The notes beneath the pieces are model-generated. The model did not search any database and was not told where the DNA came from. It saw nothing but the letters and a program-made list of their open reading frames with translations. Source: Acidimicrobiia bacterium (GTDB taxonomy: Bacteria; Actinomycetota; Acidimicrobiia; Spongiisociales; Spongiisociaceae). From it: DNA of 64,000 nt. Below are positions 28,606 through 39,005 of this stretch, piece by piece. A program made the position numbers and the translations under genes. Where the stretch lies: positions 2,118,327 to 2,182,326 of the forward strand of contig OY760694.1 of assembly GCA_963663955.1 (NCBI GenBank). The letters are read 5' to 3'. Every line of letters begins with the position of its first letter. The stretch's first letter is position 1.

Positions 28606-30669
28606 TCAGATGAAGGCCGCCGCAAAGATGAGCGAAACGATCGTCATCACCTTGATGACGATGTTCATAGCCGGGCCCGACGTGTCTTTGAAAGGGTCGC
28701 CTATCGTGTCGCCTATCACCGCCGCCTTGTGCTGATCCGATCCCTTACCTCCGAAGGCACCCGATTCGATGAGCTTCTTGGCGTTGTCCCAAGCTCCACC
28801 GGCGTTAGCCATGAAAATGGCCAGCAGGAAACCGGTGACCAGCGCACCGGCCAGCAGGCCCCCTAGCGCCTCCACATCCACGAAACCCACAACTAGCGGC
28901 AACGCCACGGCAAGAGCGCCCGGGATAATCATCTCTCGCAGAGCCGAACTAGTAGCAATGTCTACCGCCTTGGCATAGTCGGGCCGGGCGTTCGGATCAC
29001 CCGCGAGCAGGCCGGGAATCTCACGGAACTGCCGCCTGACCTCCTCGATCATCCGGAAGGCGGCCCGACCTACCGCGTTGATGGTTAGCGACGCAAAGAG
29101 GAACGGGAACATTGCCCCCAGGAACAAGCCGACGGTGGTACCCACGTTGGTTATGTCGATCGACTCAAGCCCCACCGCTTGAGTGAAGGCTGCGAACAGA
29201 GCGAGAGCGGTAACCGCTGCCGAACCGATTGCGAACCCCTTCCCCAGAGCAGCGGTGGTATTGCCCAGAGCGTCCAATTCATCCGTTGCTTCCCTTACTT
29301 CGGGAGGTAGGTGGGCCATCTCGGCTATCCCCCCGGCGTTATCGGCGATCGGGCCGTACGCGTCGACCGCCACCGTGATACCGAGCGTCGAAAGCACGCC
29401 GATTGCGGCGATCGCCACCCCGTATATCCCTCCACCGTCACCGATGGCCCAATCTCCCGCCGCGTGCGCGGCGGCGATCCCTGCGGCCACTACAATCACC
29501 GAAAAAGCGGCGGAACGCATTCCCTCGGCAATTCCCGAGAGAACCACCGTGGCTGGACCGGTTTCGGTCTGCCGGGCAATCTCCTTGACTGTCTTGTAAT
29601 GGTCGGACGTGAAAACCTCCGAAATCTTCCCCACCACGATGCCCACGACCAGCCCGACCAGAACCGCCAACGCCAATCCGAGGGGGTTCGACACACCGCT
29701 TCCATCACCGAAAATCACGAAGGTCAGTATCAGGGTGCCGATAACCGTCAGCACCACCGCTACGTTGTTCCCTCTATGCAATGCCTTCGCCAGGTTGTCC
29801 CCGGTTACCCGCACAAAAAAGGAACCGATGATGGCCGCGAACATTCCTACGGCCGCCACCGCCAGCGGGAAAACGATGGCCTCCACCACGAAGGAACTAG
29901 AAGCGAAGACGATGGCCGCGTAAGCGATCGGAGCAACGATCGAACCCACATAGGACTCGAACAGGTCAGCCCCCATACCGGCTACGTCACCCACGTTGTC
30001 GCCTACATTGTCTGCGATCACCGCCGGATTGCGGGGATCGTCTTCGGGAATCCCCGCCTCTACCTTGCCGACCAGATCGGCGCCCACATCGGCGGCCTTG
30101 GTATAGATACCACCCCCGACTCGTGCGAACAGAGCGATCGAAGAGCCACCCAACCCGATGGCGGCGATGATGTTGTACTGATCCGCGTCGGCGATATCGA
30201 GGACGTTCACGAACAGGAAGTATCCGATTGCCACGCCCAGTAGTCCCAGACCGGCCACGCTGAATCCCATCACGGCGCCTCCTCGGAAGGCCACCGGTAA
30301 CGCCTGCTTGACCCCGCCGAGCCGAGCGGCCTCCGCGGTACGTGAGTTGGAGGAGGTCGCAATCCTCATGCCCACAAATCCGGCGCCGGCCGAGAGAACC
30401 GCTCCGAAAATATAGGCGATCGAGCCCCAGGGCGCTCCCCACGGCAAGACCACGGAGATCAGAATCGCCAGCGCTACCACGAAGACGGCAATCCATGTGT
30501 ACTCGCGCCTCATAAAGGCGTTGGCGCCCTCGCGGATGGCTTCTGACAGCTCGCGCATCCGATCATTTCCCGGATCGGCGGCCAAGACCACCTTCGCGTA
30601 ATAGAAAGCAAGAACGAGCGCCGACAGTCCGGCGAGCATCGCTATCACCAGCACAGCGTCTGAAGACAT
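28606..30669 (-). CDS. hppA: membrane-bound proton-translocating pyrophosphatase (H+-PPase)
   Basis: 687 aa polytopic protein with GGIYTKAADVGADLVGKVE and DNVGDNVGD motifs characteristic of V-type PPases. Confidence 0.9.
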   Translation of the reverse strand: MSSDAVLVIAMLAGLSALVLAFYYAKVVLAADPGNDRMRELSEAIREGANAFMRREYTWIAVFVVALAILISVVLPWGAPWGSIAYIFGAVLSAGAGFVGMRIATSSNSRTAEAARLGGVKQALPVAFRGGAVMGFSVAGLGLLGVAIGYFLFVNVLDIADADQYNIIAAIGLGGSSIALFARVGGGIYTKAADVGADLVGKVEAGIPEDDPRNPAVIADNVGDNVGDVAGMGADLFESYVGSIVAPIAYAAIVFASSSFVVEAIVFPLAVAAVGMFAAIIGSFFVRVTGDNLAKALHRGNNVAVVLTVIGTLILTFVIFGDGSGVSNPLGLALAVLVGLVVGIVVGKISEVFTSDHYKTVKEIARQTETGPATVVLSGIAEGMRSAAFSVIVVAAGIAAAHAAGDWAIGDGGGIYGVAIAAIGVLSTLGITVAVDAYGPIADNAGGIAEMAHLPPEVREATDELDALGNTTAALGKGFAIGSAAVTALALFAAFTQAVGLESIDITNVGTTVGLFLGAMFPFLFASLTINAVGRAAFRMIEEVRRQFREIPGLLAGDPNARPDYAKAVDIATSSALREMIIPGALAVALPLVVGFVDVEALGGLLAGALVTGFLLAIFMANAGGAWDNAKKLIESGAFGGKGSDQHKAAVIGDTIGDPFKDTSGPAMNIVIKVMTIVSLIFAAAFI

Positions 30670-30989
30670 GATTTAGGACCTTCCTTGGATCGGGTGGGCT
30701 TGAGTATATGGCGTCTGTAGGACAGCCCGGCCGTTTCACCTCCCCGCGGTGCTGTAATGGGACAAAGACGACTACGACACAATAGGAATTGTCAAGTTCG
30801 ACCTGCTAGGTCTAGGCATTGCTCACGGATCCCGAACAACTACCGATCCTCCCCGGCAAAGGACCCACCTGAACTACCGCCGACGAACAACCGGGAAACA
30901 CATCAAACGTCACTATGGGCGACCGGAGTGTCGGCAAAGCACCCCGCACACTACGCCCGATCCCGGCCAACAGCACAGGGATGCCTCCC

Positions 30990-31299
30990 CATCGCCGACG
31001 CTCTCAACCTGAAACGAAACGGGGTTCGCGTCAAAGTGGGAGGGGTCGTCACCCACCGGCAACGTCCCGCTACCTCCAAAGGCGTCATCTTCATCAACCT
31101 CGAAGACGAAACCGGCCGACTCAACGTAGTCGTAACACCCGAGACCTGGAACCGACACGGTAACGTAGCCCGCCGCAACCCCGGCCTCACCATCCACGGC
31201 GTCCTCGAACACCGCGACAGCATCACCAACCTGATAGCCAAAAGCTTCACCCCCTACCAACCGACCGACTACGAACCAGAAACTTCCGGTAAGGGCTAG
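30990..31299 (+). pseudogene. orphan C-terminal remnant (~100 aa) of a DnaE/DnaE2-type DNA polymerase III alpha subunit (OB-fold tail)
   Basis: …GVRVKVGGVVTHRQRPATSKGVIFINLEDETGRLNVVVTPETW…LTIHGVLEHRD…ITNLIAKSF matches the conserved C-terminal tail (…RQRPGTAKG..F.TLEDETG..NVVVWP…) of PolIII alpha/DnaE2. No upstream polymerase body is present. Confidence 0.55.
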
Positions 31300-31449
31300 G
31301 TATCTCAAGTACACCAAGAAAGTATGTCAAGAATGTGGAAATAAATCTAAGCCTATCTCTGTTAGATTATATGTACATGAAACGAGGAGGATGAGATCCT
31401 GGCGGGATCATCCACCTTTAAAACCCAACATGATAAGGAATGAAGAAAG

Positions 31450-31902
31450 ATGCACCTGGTTAGAACCCGACCCTTCCGACTCAATCATGATGTCGAGACG
31501 CTTCTCGAAGTGTTGCCGCTACCGGCGGCGCCCGGTTTCGGTGTCCGGGAGACTCGCCGGACCCGGCGGCCGTGGTCGCCGCGCGTCGACGTGATCGAGA
31601 CCGATGAGGCTCTTGTTACCCGGTATGAACTCGCCGGATTCCGGCTAGAGGACCTGGAGGTCACCCTCGACAACAACCTGCTAACGGTGAAGGGAACTCG
31701 TTCATCGGAGGCTCCGGAGGGAGCCGTTTATCGAGTCCGTGAACTCGCCGATGGCTCCTTCTCCCGCTCAATCCGGATCTCGGATGACTTCGATCCCGAC
31801 GGTGTGGTGGCCGAATTCTCAAATGGAATTCTCGAGGTTGTGGTTCCGAAGCGCCCACAGGTACAGACGAGAACCGTTCAGATCAGGACAGGAGGTAACT
31901 AG
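31450..31902 (+). CDS. Hsp20/alpha-crystallin family small heat-shock protein
   Basis: 150 aa; alpha-crystallin domain with …FSRSIRISDDFDPDGVVAEFSNGILEVVVPK… C-terminal consensus. Confidence 0.8.
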   Translation: MHLVRTRPFRLNHDVETLLEVLPLPAAPGFGVRETRRTRRPWSPRVDVIETDEALVTRYELAGFRLEDLEVTLDNNLLTVKGTRSSEAPEGAVYRVRELADGSFSRSIRISDDFDPDGVVAEFSNGILEVVVPKRPQVQTRTVQIRTGGN

Positions 31903-31953
31903 CCCTGATTATTCAGGTTTCCCACAGACCGACGCATGGAACGCCGGTTCAAC

Positions 31954-32920
31954 ATAAGAGCGTCCGCGGGTAGGGGTTAGTTGAGGTTCCAGCGGTCTCG
32001 CCATTTGATGAGTTTGATGGTGATGATGAGGGTGATGGCTAGGTTGAGTTGGGCGTGTCGGTGGTGGGTGTTTCGGTCGGTGTTGCGGCGGAGTTGCCCG
32101 TAGTTGGTGAGCCATGAGTTGGTTCGTTCGACGGTCCAGCGCATACCGAGGGGTGCGGGTGTTTTGGTGTTGCCGGTTTGGCCTCGTGGTTTTTTCTTGG
32201 CGCATATGACGTCGGTTATGCCGGCGGCGTCGCAGAGGGCGCGCACGGTTTTGCTGTCGTAGCCTCGGTCGAGGTGGAGGGTTTCTATGTCGGGGAGCAA
32301 TCCCCGCCGGTCGACAGCTTCGAGGGTGGGCTGGAATAGGATGCTGTCGTGGCGGTTGGCCCCGTTTGTGGCCCAACCGATCGGTATGCCGTTGCGGTCT
32401 ACGGCGAGGGACCATTTCCACCCGGATTTGGCCCGGTCGCAGGGGTTTTTCCCGGTTCCTTCCCCCCCGGAGGGCGCTTTGTGTTGGCTACCGTCGACCG
32501 AGACCTCGGATAGGTCCAACCCGATCACACGGTCGTAGGCGGCTACGGCTTCTGCTTCGAGGTTCTCGAAGACGCCTGCTTTCGTCCATTCATCGCGTCG
32601 GGCCCGCAGAGTCGTGTCCGACACCTCTTTGTTCAAGAGTTGTTCGGCTGTTTCCCACGAGCAGCCGGTCACTAACCGGATCAGTATCCCCTGGAAGCAG
32701 ACACGGTCGGGTTTGCGGGGATTGTGACAGCCCAGGGGATGGTTGTCCTCCCGGGCGGGCAACAGACCCTTTGTGGCTTTCCACACCGCGTTTGCTACTT
32801 CGGGGTCGAGTGCGCGCATAATGAACCTCCACCAGTTGGGGGATTTGTGTTGCACTCGGTATGAAACCCGAGACAACCCCTCAACTGGTGGATTTCCACC
32901 TACCCGCGGACGCTCTAAGT
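31954..32920 (-). mobile_element. IS5-family (IS427/IS1031-group-like) insertion sequence, ~0.96 kb, inserted into a MITE copy
   Basis: Terminal inverted repeats AGAGCGTCCGCGGGTAGG (31957-31974) and CCTACCCGCGGACGCTCT (32899-32916). Flanking TAAG on both sides is a possible target-site duplication. Confidence 0.7.
31977..32876 (-). CDS. IS5-family DDE transposase
   Basis: 299 aa; …FQGILIRLVTGCSWETAEQLL…RRDEWTKAGVFENL… typical IS427-like N-terminus, DDE region downstream. Confidence 0.7.
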   Translation of the reverse strand: MSRVSYRVQHKSPNWWRFIMRALDPEVANAVWKATKGLLPAREDNHPLGCHNPRKPDRVCFQGILIRLVTGCSWETAEQLLNKEVSDTTLRARRDEWTKAGVFENLEAEAVAAYDRVIGLDLSEVSVDGSQHKAPSGGEGTGKNPCDRAKSGWKWSLAVDRNGIPIGWATNGANRHDSILFQPTLEAVDRRGLLPDIETLHLDRGYDSKTVRALCDAAGITDVICAKKKPRGQTGNTKTPAPLGMRWTVERTNSWLTNYGQLRRNTDRNTHHRHAQLNLAITLIITIKLIKWRDRWNLN

Positions 32921-33332
32921 ATCAGGATAAATCCCGCCTTCACCCGCGGGTGACCCTCCAACACCGGCCCGGGATGGGAAACACCGATAGCTGTATTGCC
33001 TGGTCAGGGGTGTGATTACGGCGTAATCGGCTCATCTGTCAAACCCCCATCCATGAATAATCGGGGCTAACACTTTCCAGTACCAGCCGGACCGCTGTGG
33101 ATGGCACAGCCCACCCCTCCTCTCCTCCATCCACAGTCCGGCCTCCCGTTCCGGCGCACCCTCCCGGCGCCGGAACGGGAACTCCCTTTTCGTTGTGTTC
33201 AATCCTGAATGTGTTCGGGAATCCCGTGAAAAACGCATAACGAGGCCACCTTGCACGGTGAACGGCGCAGGGCCTTATTCCGGTAGTCGGTGAAACCCTA
33301 CGCTTTTCTTGATGGCTGGGACCACGCCCTAC

Positions 33333-33776
33333 CTACCGCTCGTGAACCCGCTCTCGCAGACCTCTCAACGCGGTTCCGACCAACTGTTTCTCAGCTTGAC
33401 GTCGTAAGAATCCCGGTATGTCAAAAGACGGAACGACTCTCAACATATAAACCACTGAGGTGGCGCCGCCCTCGACCGGCTGGAACCGGTAGGACCCGTG
33501 TAGCTCACTTATATCAGGTCCCGGTTCGGCGGTCCAGGACATTACGAAGGGTGGCTCGTAGACGTAGACGAAGGTTGTTTCGACCTGTTTGACCATCGCG
33601 TCGATTACCAGGGTCGCTCGGACCGGTCTACCCGATTCGTCCCGTTCGTGGATCACGACCTTCCGCACCTGACCGGCCCACTCCGGGTAGGACTCCAGGT
33701 CAGCCGCTACCTCGAAACACGCGCTCGGTTCGGCATCAATCTCGATGGTCTGGATGGTTGCCTCGGCCGCCCTCAT
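33333..33776 (-). CDS. SRPBCC family protein (polyketide cyclase/dehydrase-like)
   Basis: ~150 aa; …FEVAADLESYPEWAGQVRKVVI… typical SRPBCC N-terminal pattern. Confidence 0.55.
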   Translation of the reverse strand: MRAAEATIQTIEIDAEPSACFEVAADLESYPEWAGQVRKVVIHERDESGRPVRATLVIDAMVKQVETTFVYVYEPPFVMSWTAEPGPDISELHGSYRFQPVEGGATSVVYMLRVVPSFDIPGFLRRQAEKQLVGTALRGLRERVHER

Positions 33777-33836
33777 CCTCCACCCGCCATTCTGCCGCCT
33801 TCCCTCATCCACCCAAGCGTAGCTTCCCGCCCGGAG

Positions 33837-34775
33837 TCAGTTCCTCCTAAGAACTCTTGCAACGCGAGCGGCGTCTTCCATGTCAGCGGCCCGCACAACT
33901 ATCGAATCGATCCCCACCGCCATCAATTGCCTGAACCCGGCTACCACCTCGGACAGTGAGCCCACCTGAAGGTATGGAGATGCCCGGACCTGGTCGGGGG
34001 TGACACCGCTCTCGCCGGCCACGTAGTCGACGAGTTCGTCGGATTGATCGGACACCGCCATCCGGAATAGGAGTATGTCGATTCGCTGAACTCGAGAACT
34101 CTGCTCACGAACCATCCGCACCCTTCCGGCTACCTCCTCGAACGTGGCCGAACCCGAGGTGCGCTCCATGTCGGACCGTCGACCGCTGGTTAACGGAATA
34201 CCGATCGAGACGACATCGGCAACCTCGGCGGCAACCCCCAGAAGCTTCGGTCCGCCCCCTCCCACAATGATCGGTGGGTGGGGCTCCTGAACCGGACGGG
34301 TCATCGGTTTGAGTCGGGTCCGGTACCAAGCCCCGTCATGGTCTACATACTCGTCCGTCCAACACGCTCTGATCAGACTGACCGCTTCCCGCAGCCTGGA
34401 GATCCGGCGGGCAGGCGCATCCATTTCTAGGCCCACCGCGTGGTAATCGTCAGGCCACCACCCTGCTCCGATACCCAACTCCACCCGTCCTCCGGAGAGG
34501 ATATCCAGCGCCGCGAAGTCTCTCGCCACCGTGGCCGGATGACGAAGGTCATTGGCCAGCATGTAGGCCCCTACTCTCATCGAGGTGATTGCCGCGATCG
34601 TGGCCATGGCCGGAACCGGCGATAGCATCTGGTTGAAGTGGTCCGGGAGGTAGAACGTATCGAAACCGAGGTCTTCCGCTCTCCTGGCCACCTCTGTAAC
34701 CGGTTCCTCGACAGACGGTGGCGCCATCAGCACCCCTAGCCCGAGTTGACCCACCGCGGAGACGGAGCTAATCAC
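33837..34775 (-). CDS. LLM-class (luciferase-like) flavin/F420-dependent oxidoreductase
   Basis: 312 aa TIM-barrel; …FDTFYLPDHF…RVELGIGAGW… LLM motifs. Confidence 0.7.
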   Translation of the reverse strand: MISSVSAVGQLGLGVLMAPPSVEEPVTEVARRAEDLGFDTFYLPDHFNQMLSPVPAMATIAAITSMRVGAYMLANDLRHPATVARDFAALDILSGGRVELGIGAGWWPDDYHAVGLEMDAPARRISRLREAVSLIRACWTDEYVDHDGAWYRTRLKPMTRPVQEPHPPIIVGGGGPKLLGVAAEVADVVSIGIPLTSGRRSDMERTSGSATFEEVAGRVRMVREQSSRVQRIDILLFRMAVSDQSDELVDYVAGESGVTPDQVRASPYLQVGSLSEVVAGFRQLMAVGIDSIVVRAADMEDAARVARVLRRN

Positions 34776-34823
34776 GGGCGATTCCGTCCGAGGACGGGGG
34801 AAAATGGGAACAGGGATCGACTT

Positions 34824-36839
34824 TCACGAGAGCACAGCCTCGTTGATCTCACGCATTTCCTTTCGCAGCTCTGCCACCTCGTCCCTGAGACGGGCGGCGT
34901 ATTCGAAGCGAAGTTCTTTGGCGGCTTCCCGCATCTCGTCCTCGAGGCTCTGGATCAGGCGTCCGAGATCCTCCCCGGCCAACTCCACCGGCGCCCTGAT
35001 CTCGAAGTCAGGACGGCGCCTCGGACGGCGCGACGCTGTCCCGGACGAGACCAACTCAAGGATGTCGGAGACCTTTTTGCGGATGGTTTGGGGATCGATC
35101 CCATGCTCCTCGTTATAGAGCATCTGCAAGCCGCGGCGGCGGTTGGTTTCCCCGATCGCCGCCCGCATGGAGTCTGTCACCTCGTCTGCATACATGATGA
35201 CCTGTCCCGAAACGTTACGAGCTGCCCGTCCGATAATCTGGATGAGGCTGGTTTCCGAACGGAGGAAGCCCTCCTTGTCAGCGTCGAGTATCGTCACCAG
35301 CGATACCTCGGGCAGATCAAGACCCTCCCGAAGCAGGTTGATCCCCACCAGAACGTCGTACTCCCCCAGCCGGAGGTCACGTAACAACTCGATCCGTTCC
35401 AGGGTGTCGATCTCGGAATGCAGGTAGCGGGCGCGGACACCCACCTCAAGCAAGTAGTCGGTTAGGTCTTCGGACATCTTCTTGGTGAGGGTGGTCACCA
35501 GGACCCTCTCATCCACTACGGTCCGGGCCCGTATTTCTTCGATCAAATCGTCGATCTGCCCTTTGGCGGGACGAACCACCACCTCCGGATCGACCAACCC
35601 GGTGGGTCTGACAATCTGTTCAACGATGCTGTCGGAATGGTTCCGTTCGAATGGCCCCGGGGTCGCCGACATGAACACCACCTGGCCGGTCTTATCCATC
35701 CATTCGTCGAAGCGAAGGGGGCGGTTGTCGACGGCCGAGGGGAGCCGGAAGCCGTGGTCCACGAGGACGTCCTTTCGGCTCCGGTCGCCTTCGTACTGCC
35801 CGTGCAACTGGGGAATGGCGACATGGCTCTCATCTATGACGGTGAGGAAGTCATCGGGGAAGTAGTCGAGCAAGGTATAAGGCGCCTCGCCGGGTTCCCG
35901 CCCGTCGATATGTCGGCTGTAGTTCTCGATACCCGAACAGAAACCCACCTCTCGCATCATTTCCAGATCGTAGGCGGTCCGCATCCTCAGACGCTGCGCT
36001 TCGAGTAGCTTGCCTTGCCCTTCGAGTTCGGACAAGCGCTCCGCCAACTCGATCTCGATAGCTCCCATCGCCCGCTCCATCCGTTCGGTGGTAACTGCGT
36101 AATGGGTAGCCGGATAGACCCACAGCTGCTTCATCTCCTCGATTATCTCCCCGGTCACCGGGTTCATCTGCACGATGCGCTCCACCTCGTCCCCGAAGTA
36201 CTCGACCCTGGCCACGGTCTCCCCGTAGGCGGGAAAGACCTCGAGGGTGTCACCGCGAACCCGGAACCTCCCTCGCACCAGGTTCACCTCATTGCGCTCG
36301 TACTGGATGCTCACTAGCCGGCGGATCGCCTCGTGCAACGGGAACTCCACCCCGGTGATAAGCCGGAGTACTTGTTCTGCATACTCTTCCGGGCTACCCA
36401 AACCGTATATGCAAGAAACGCTGGCCACGATCACCACATCGTCTCGGAAGAGCAGCGAGGAAGTGGCGGCGTGGCGCAGCCGATCGATCTCATCGTTGAT
36501 GGTGGCGTCCTTCTCGATGTAGGTATCGGTCTGAGGTATGTACGCCTCCGGTTGGTAGTAGTCGTAGTACGACACGAAGTACTCGACCCGATTATCCGGA
36601 AAGAACTGGCGGAACTCCGAGGCGAGTTGGGCGGCAAGGGCCTTATTGGGGGCTATCACCAAGGAAGGACGCTGGGAACGTTCTATGGTCCAAGCGATGG
36701 TGGCCGATTTGCCTGAACCCGTGATCCCCAGCAAAGTCTGGAAGCGGTCCCCCCGCTCGATCCCCTCCACCAAGGCCGTAATTGCGCCGGGCTGATCCCC
36801 GGCCGGGTCAAACTCGGAGTGAACACGAAACTCGGCCAT
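34824..36839 (-). CDS. uvrB: excinuclease ABC subunit B
   Basis: Start taken at [17 protein letters not shown] (ATG 36839); Walker A GITGSGKS, helicase motifs, C-terminal UvrB/UvrC interaction coiled coil. The ORF track extends to 36956. Confidence 0.9.
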   Translation of the reverse strand: MAEFRVHSEFDPAGDQPGAITALVEGIERGDRFQTLLGITGSGKSATIAWTIERSQRPSLVIAPNKALAAQLASEFRQFFPDNRVEYFVSYYDYYQPEAYIPQTDTYIEKDATINDEIDRLRHAATSSLLFRDDVVIVASVSCIYGLGSPEEYAEQVLRLITGVEFPLHEAIRRLVSIQYERNEVNLVRGRFRVRGDTLEVFPAYGETVARVEYFGDEVERIVQMNPVTGEIIEEMKQLWVYPATHYAVTTERMERAMGAIEIELAERLSELEGQGKLLEAQRLRMRTAYDLEMMREVGFCSGIENYSRHIDGREPGEAPYTLLDYFPDDFLTVIDESHVAIPQLHGQYEGDRSRKDVLVDHGFRLPSAVDNRPLRFDEWMDKTGQVVFMSATPGPFERNHSDSIVEQIVRPTGLVDPEVVVRPAKGQIDDLIEEIRARTVVDERVLVTTLTKKMSEDLTDYLLEVGVRARYLHSEIDTLERIELLRDLRLGEYDVLVGINLLREGLDLPEVSLVTILDADKEGFLRSETSLIQIIGRAARNVSGQVIMYADEVTDSMRAAIGETNRRRGLQMLYNEEHGIDPQTIRKKVSDILELVSSGTASRRPRRRPDFEIRAPVELAGEDLGRLIQSLEDEMREAAKELRFEYAARLRDEVAELRKEMREINEAVLS

Positions 36840-36909
36840 GCGCATGACTCTACAAGGGGCAAGACCTCCATACTCCCGCTGGAACAAAGGACCGCCCGAG
36901 CCAGGTTCG

Positions 36910-37560
36910 ATGGCCGTTAACGTAACACCGATGAGAGGGCCACTCCCCGGAGCCACGGTCGAGCGACTACCGCGTTATCTACGCTGTATTGAACAACTCC
37001 CGCCCGACCGGACAACTATCTCGTCGAAGGACCTGGCGCTCCTCAGCAACATGAGCGCGGCCGGAGTGCGTAAAGATCTGTCCTTCCTGGGTTCATCCGG
37101 CATCCGAGGCGTGGGCTACCCGGTCGACGAATTGGCCGCCCGGATTCGTGCCGCCCTCGGACTGACCCGAGATCGCGAGGTGGTGGTGATAGGGGTGGGC
37201 AACCTGGGCTCGGCGCTTGCCAACTACGGTGGTTTCTGGAAACGAGGCTTCAAGATCGTCGGCTTGTACGACGCCGATCCAGCCAAGGTAGGCGCCATCG
37301 TCGGCGGAATAGAGGTGCGTTCGGTGGACACCCTGGCCCGAGATGCACGGAAGTCCGACATTGCGGTGGCCATCATCGCCACCCCGGCCAAGGCGGCCCA
37401 GGAAGTGGCCACCCTCCTCTCCCGTGCCGGGATACCGTCAATCCTGAACTTTGCCCCTGCAGTGCTGACCGTTCCCGAGAAAACCCATCTCCGTCAGGTG
37501 GATCTGGCCACCGAACTCCAGATCCTCAGTTACTACCTGGCAGGTAGGCAAGGCGTCTAG
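36910..37560 (+). CDS. rex: redox-sensing transcriptional repressor Rex
   Basis: …[14 protein letters not shown]… winged helix N-terminus and Rossmann [16 protein letters not shown]-binding motif. Start taken at MAVNV (the track ORF from 36838 would overlap divergent uvrB). Confidence 0.8.
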   Translation: MAVNVTPMRGPLPGATVERLPRYLRCIEQLPPDRTTISSKDLALLSNMSAAGVRKDLSFLGSSGIRGVGYPVDELAARIRAALGLTRDREVVVIGVGNLGSALANYGGFWKRGFKIVGLYDADPAKVGAIVGGIEVRSVDTLARDARKSDIAVAIIATPAKAAQEVATLLSRAGIPSILNFAPAVLTVPEKTHLRQVDLATELQILSYYLAGRQGV

Positions 37561-37718
37561 TCGGGAGTTACCGATTCTCGAAACCAGGGACCCTGTGGCG
37601 ATGTCATGTATTCGCTAACGATGCGACACCATCAACAGTTACCACAACTTGGGGGTTGGAATGGGATGCCTCATTGCTTACACTCACGATTGGAAACAAG
37701 CTCGGCTAGGTACGCGCA

Positions 37719-39005
37719 ATGATCTCTGACTACCGCGGGTATACCTCTCGGCTTCGCGAACTGCTAGTTTCGATAGTGGATAGCGGTCTGCGAGATCACC
37801 ATACCGATCTGCTACGTGTACTAGACGGACAGGCGGCGGCGGAACTTCGCGACCTCGTCGAACTACCGGTGCGGCGCGCTCGCGGGGCATTCTTCACTAC
37901 CGGCAAATTGCGCGCCATGGTCCTGTCATCCTTCGATCACAGTGGCACCGGTGTCTACTTCGATCCGGCATGCGGCGCCGGTGATCTACTGGTAGAGGCG
38001 GCAATGAGAATGCCTGTATTCGACAGCTACTTATCTACTGTCGAATACTGGGGTGAACGCCTGATGGGGTGTGATGTTGAACCGGTGTTCGTGGAGACCG
38101 CCAAGCTTCGTCTGCTCCTAGCCGCGGCCTACCGATCCGGACAGCCGCCCCCGCAGGAGATACCGGAGGATGTGTTCCCTTGGGTGGTTGTGGGTGATGG
38201 CCTCGCTCAGGAACGCCTCGCCAAACGGAGCAGCCATATTGTGCTGAACCCCCCGTTCGGCTACATGAAGGCCCCGGACAACATCCCATGGGCCGGGGGT
38301 CGGATTTCGGAAGCCGCGTTCTTTCTGGCGCGGGTAATCGAGTACTCCCCGCCAGGAGTGTCGATTGCAGCCGTCCTCCCCGATGTTCTTCGATCCGGTA
38401 GCCGGTACGGGAAGTGGCGGTCGATGGTCGAGTCAATGGTCGAAGTCACGAAGATCGAGATTCACGGAGTTTTTGACGAATCTACCGACATCGACGTGTT
38501 CGTCCTGCACGGGACAAAGTCTGATCCCGCGACGGGCGCCGTCCCGTGGGTACCCGAACACGAGGACACGTCTGTCGGTAACTATTTCGACGTTCATGTC
38601 GGGGCAGTCGTCCCCCACCGCGATCCGGAAACTGGTCCTAGGCACCCGTACATCTGGCCAAGGCGACTCCCGCTCGCTGGATCGTTCGATCCACGGGGGG
38701 AATGGAGGCGATTCTCCGGCACGACGTTCGATCCTCCGTTCGTAGCCATCCGCCGGACTTCCCGACCAGGAGAGAAGCGGAGAGCAGGCGGCGTCCTCGT
38801 GGTCGGTGACTGGCCCGTAGCGGTCGAGAACCATCTTCTGGTTGCCATACCCAAAGACGGCAGCGCGTCGTCATGCCTTGCTCTGATCGACACACTGGCT
38901 GACAAGCGTACCCGGGACTGGATAGATAGTCAGATAAGGACCCGGCACCTGACGGTATCTGTGACCCGGGGCATCCCGTGGTTGGGTGATAACGCTGATG
39001 GCTGA
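37719..39005 (+). CDS. gamma-class N6-adenine DNA methyltransferase (first gene of a 4-gene overlapping operon)
   Basis: 428 aa; FFTTGKL (motif X), FDPACGAGDLL (motif I), IVLNPPFG (motif IV, NPPF). 3' end overlaps the next gene by 20 nt. Confidence 0.75.
   Translation: MISDYRGYTSRLRELLVSIVDSGLRDHHTDLLRVLDGQAAAELRDLVELPVRRARGAFFTTGKLRAMVLSSFDHSGTGVYFDPACGAGDLLVEAAMRMPVFDSYLSTVEYWGERLMGCDVEPVFVETAKLRLLLAAAYRSGQPPPQEIPEDVFPWVVVGDGLAQERLAKRSSHIVLNPPFGYMKAPDNIPWAGGRISEAAFFLARVIEYSPPGVSIAAVLPDVLRSGSRYGKWRSMVESMVEVTKIEIHGVFDESTDIDVFVLHGTKSDPATGAVPWVPEHEDTSVGNYFDVHVGAVVPHRDPETGPRHPYIWPRRLPLAGSFDPRGEWRRFSGTTFDPPFVAIRRTSRPGEKRRAGGVLVVGDWPVAVENHLLVAIPKDGSASSCLALIDTLADKRTRDWIDSQIRTRHLTVSVTRGIPWLGDNADG

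Larger units (their letters stand above)
31899..33070 (+). repeat. copy (e) of the MITE-like repeat, split by an IS insertion (left part 31899-~31956, right part ~32917-33070)
   Basis: Begins CTAGCCCTGATTATTCAGGTTTCCCACAGACCGACGCATGGAACGCCGGTTCAAC, then the IS; resumes …TATCAGGATAAATCCCGCC…CCATGAATAATCGGGGCTAAC. Confidence 0.65.

Noticed and set aside
29311-30243. 310-aa plus-strand ORF (and the 29183-29923 ORFs)
   Set aside because: Antisense to the well-conserved H+-pyrophosphatase gene. It is Arg/His/Asp-rich low-complexity sequence typical of high-GC antisense frames.
31909-32421. 170-aa His/Arg/Pro-rich minus ORF and the plus ORFs 32287-32821
   Set aside because: They overlap the IS5-family transposase in other frames. 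Their composition is non-protein-like.
35143-36716. Multiple 90-130-aa plus-strand ORFs
   Set aside because: All lie antisense within uvrB, whose full-length conserved translation is unambiguous.
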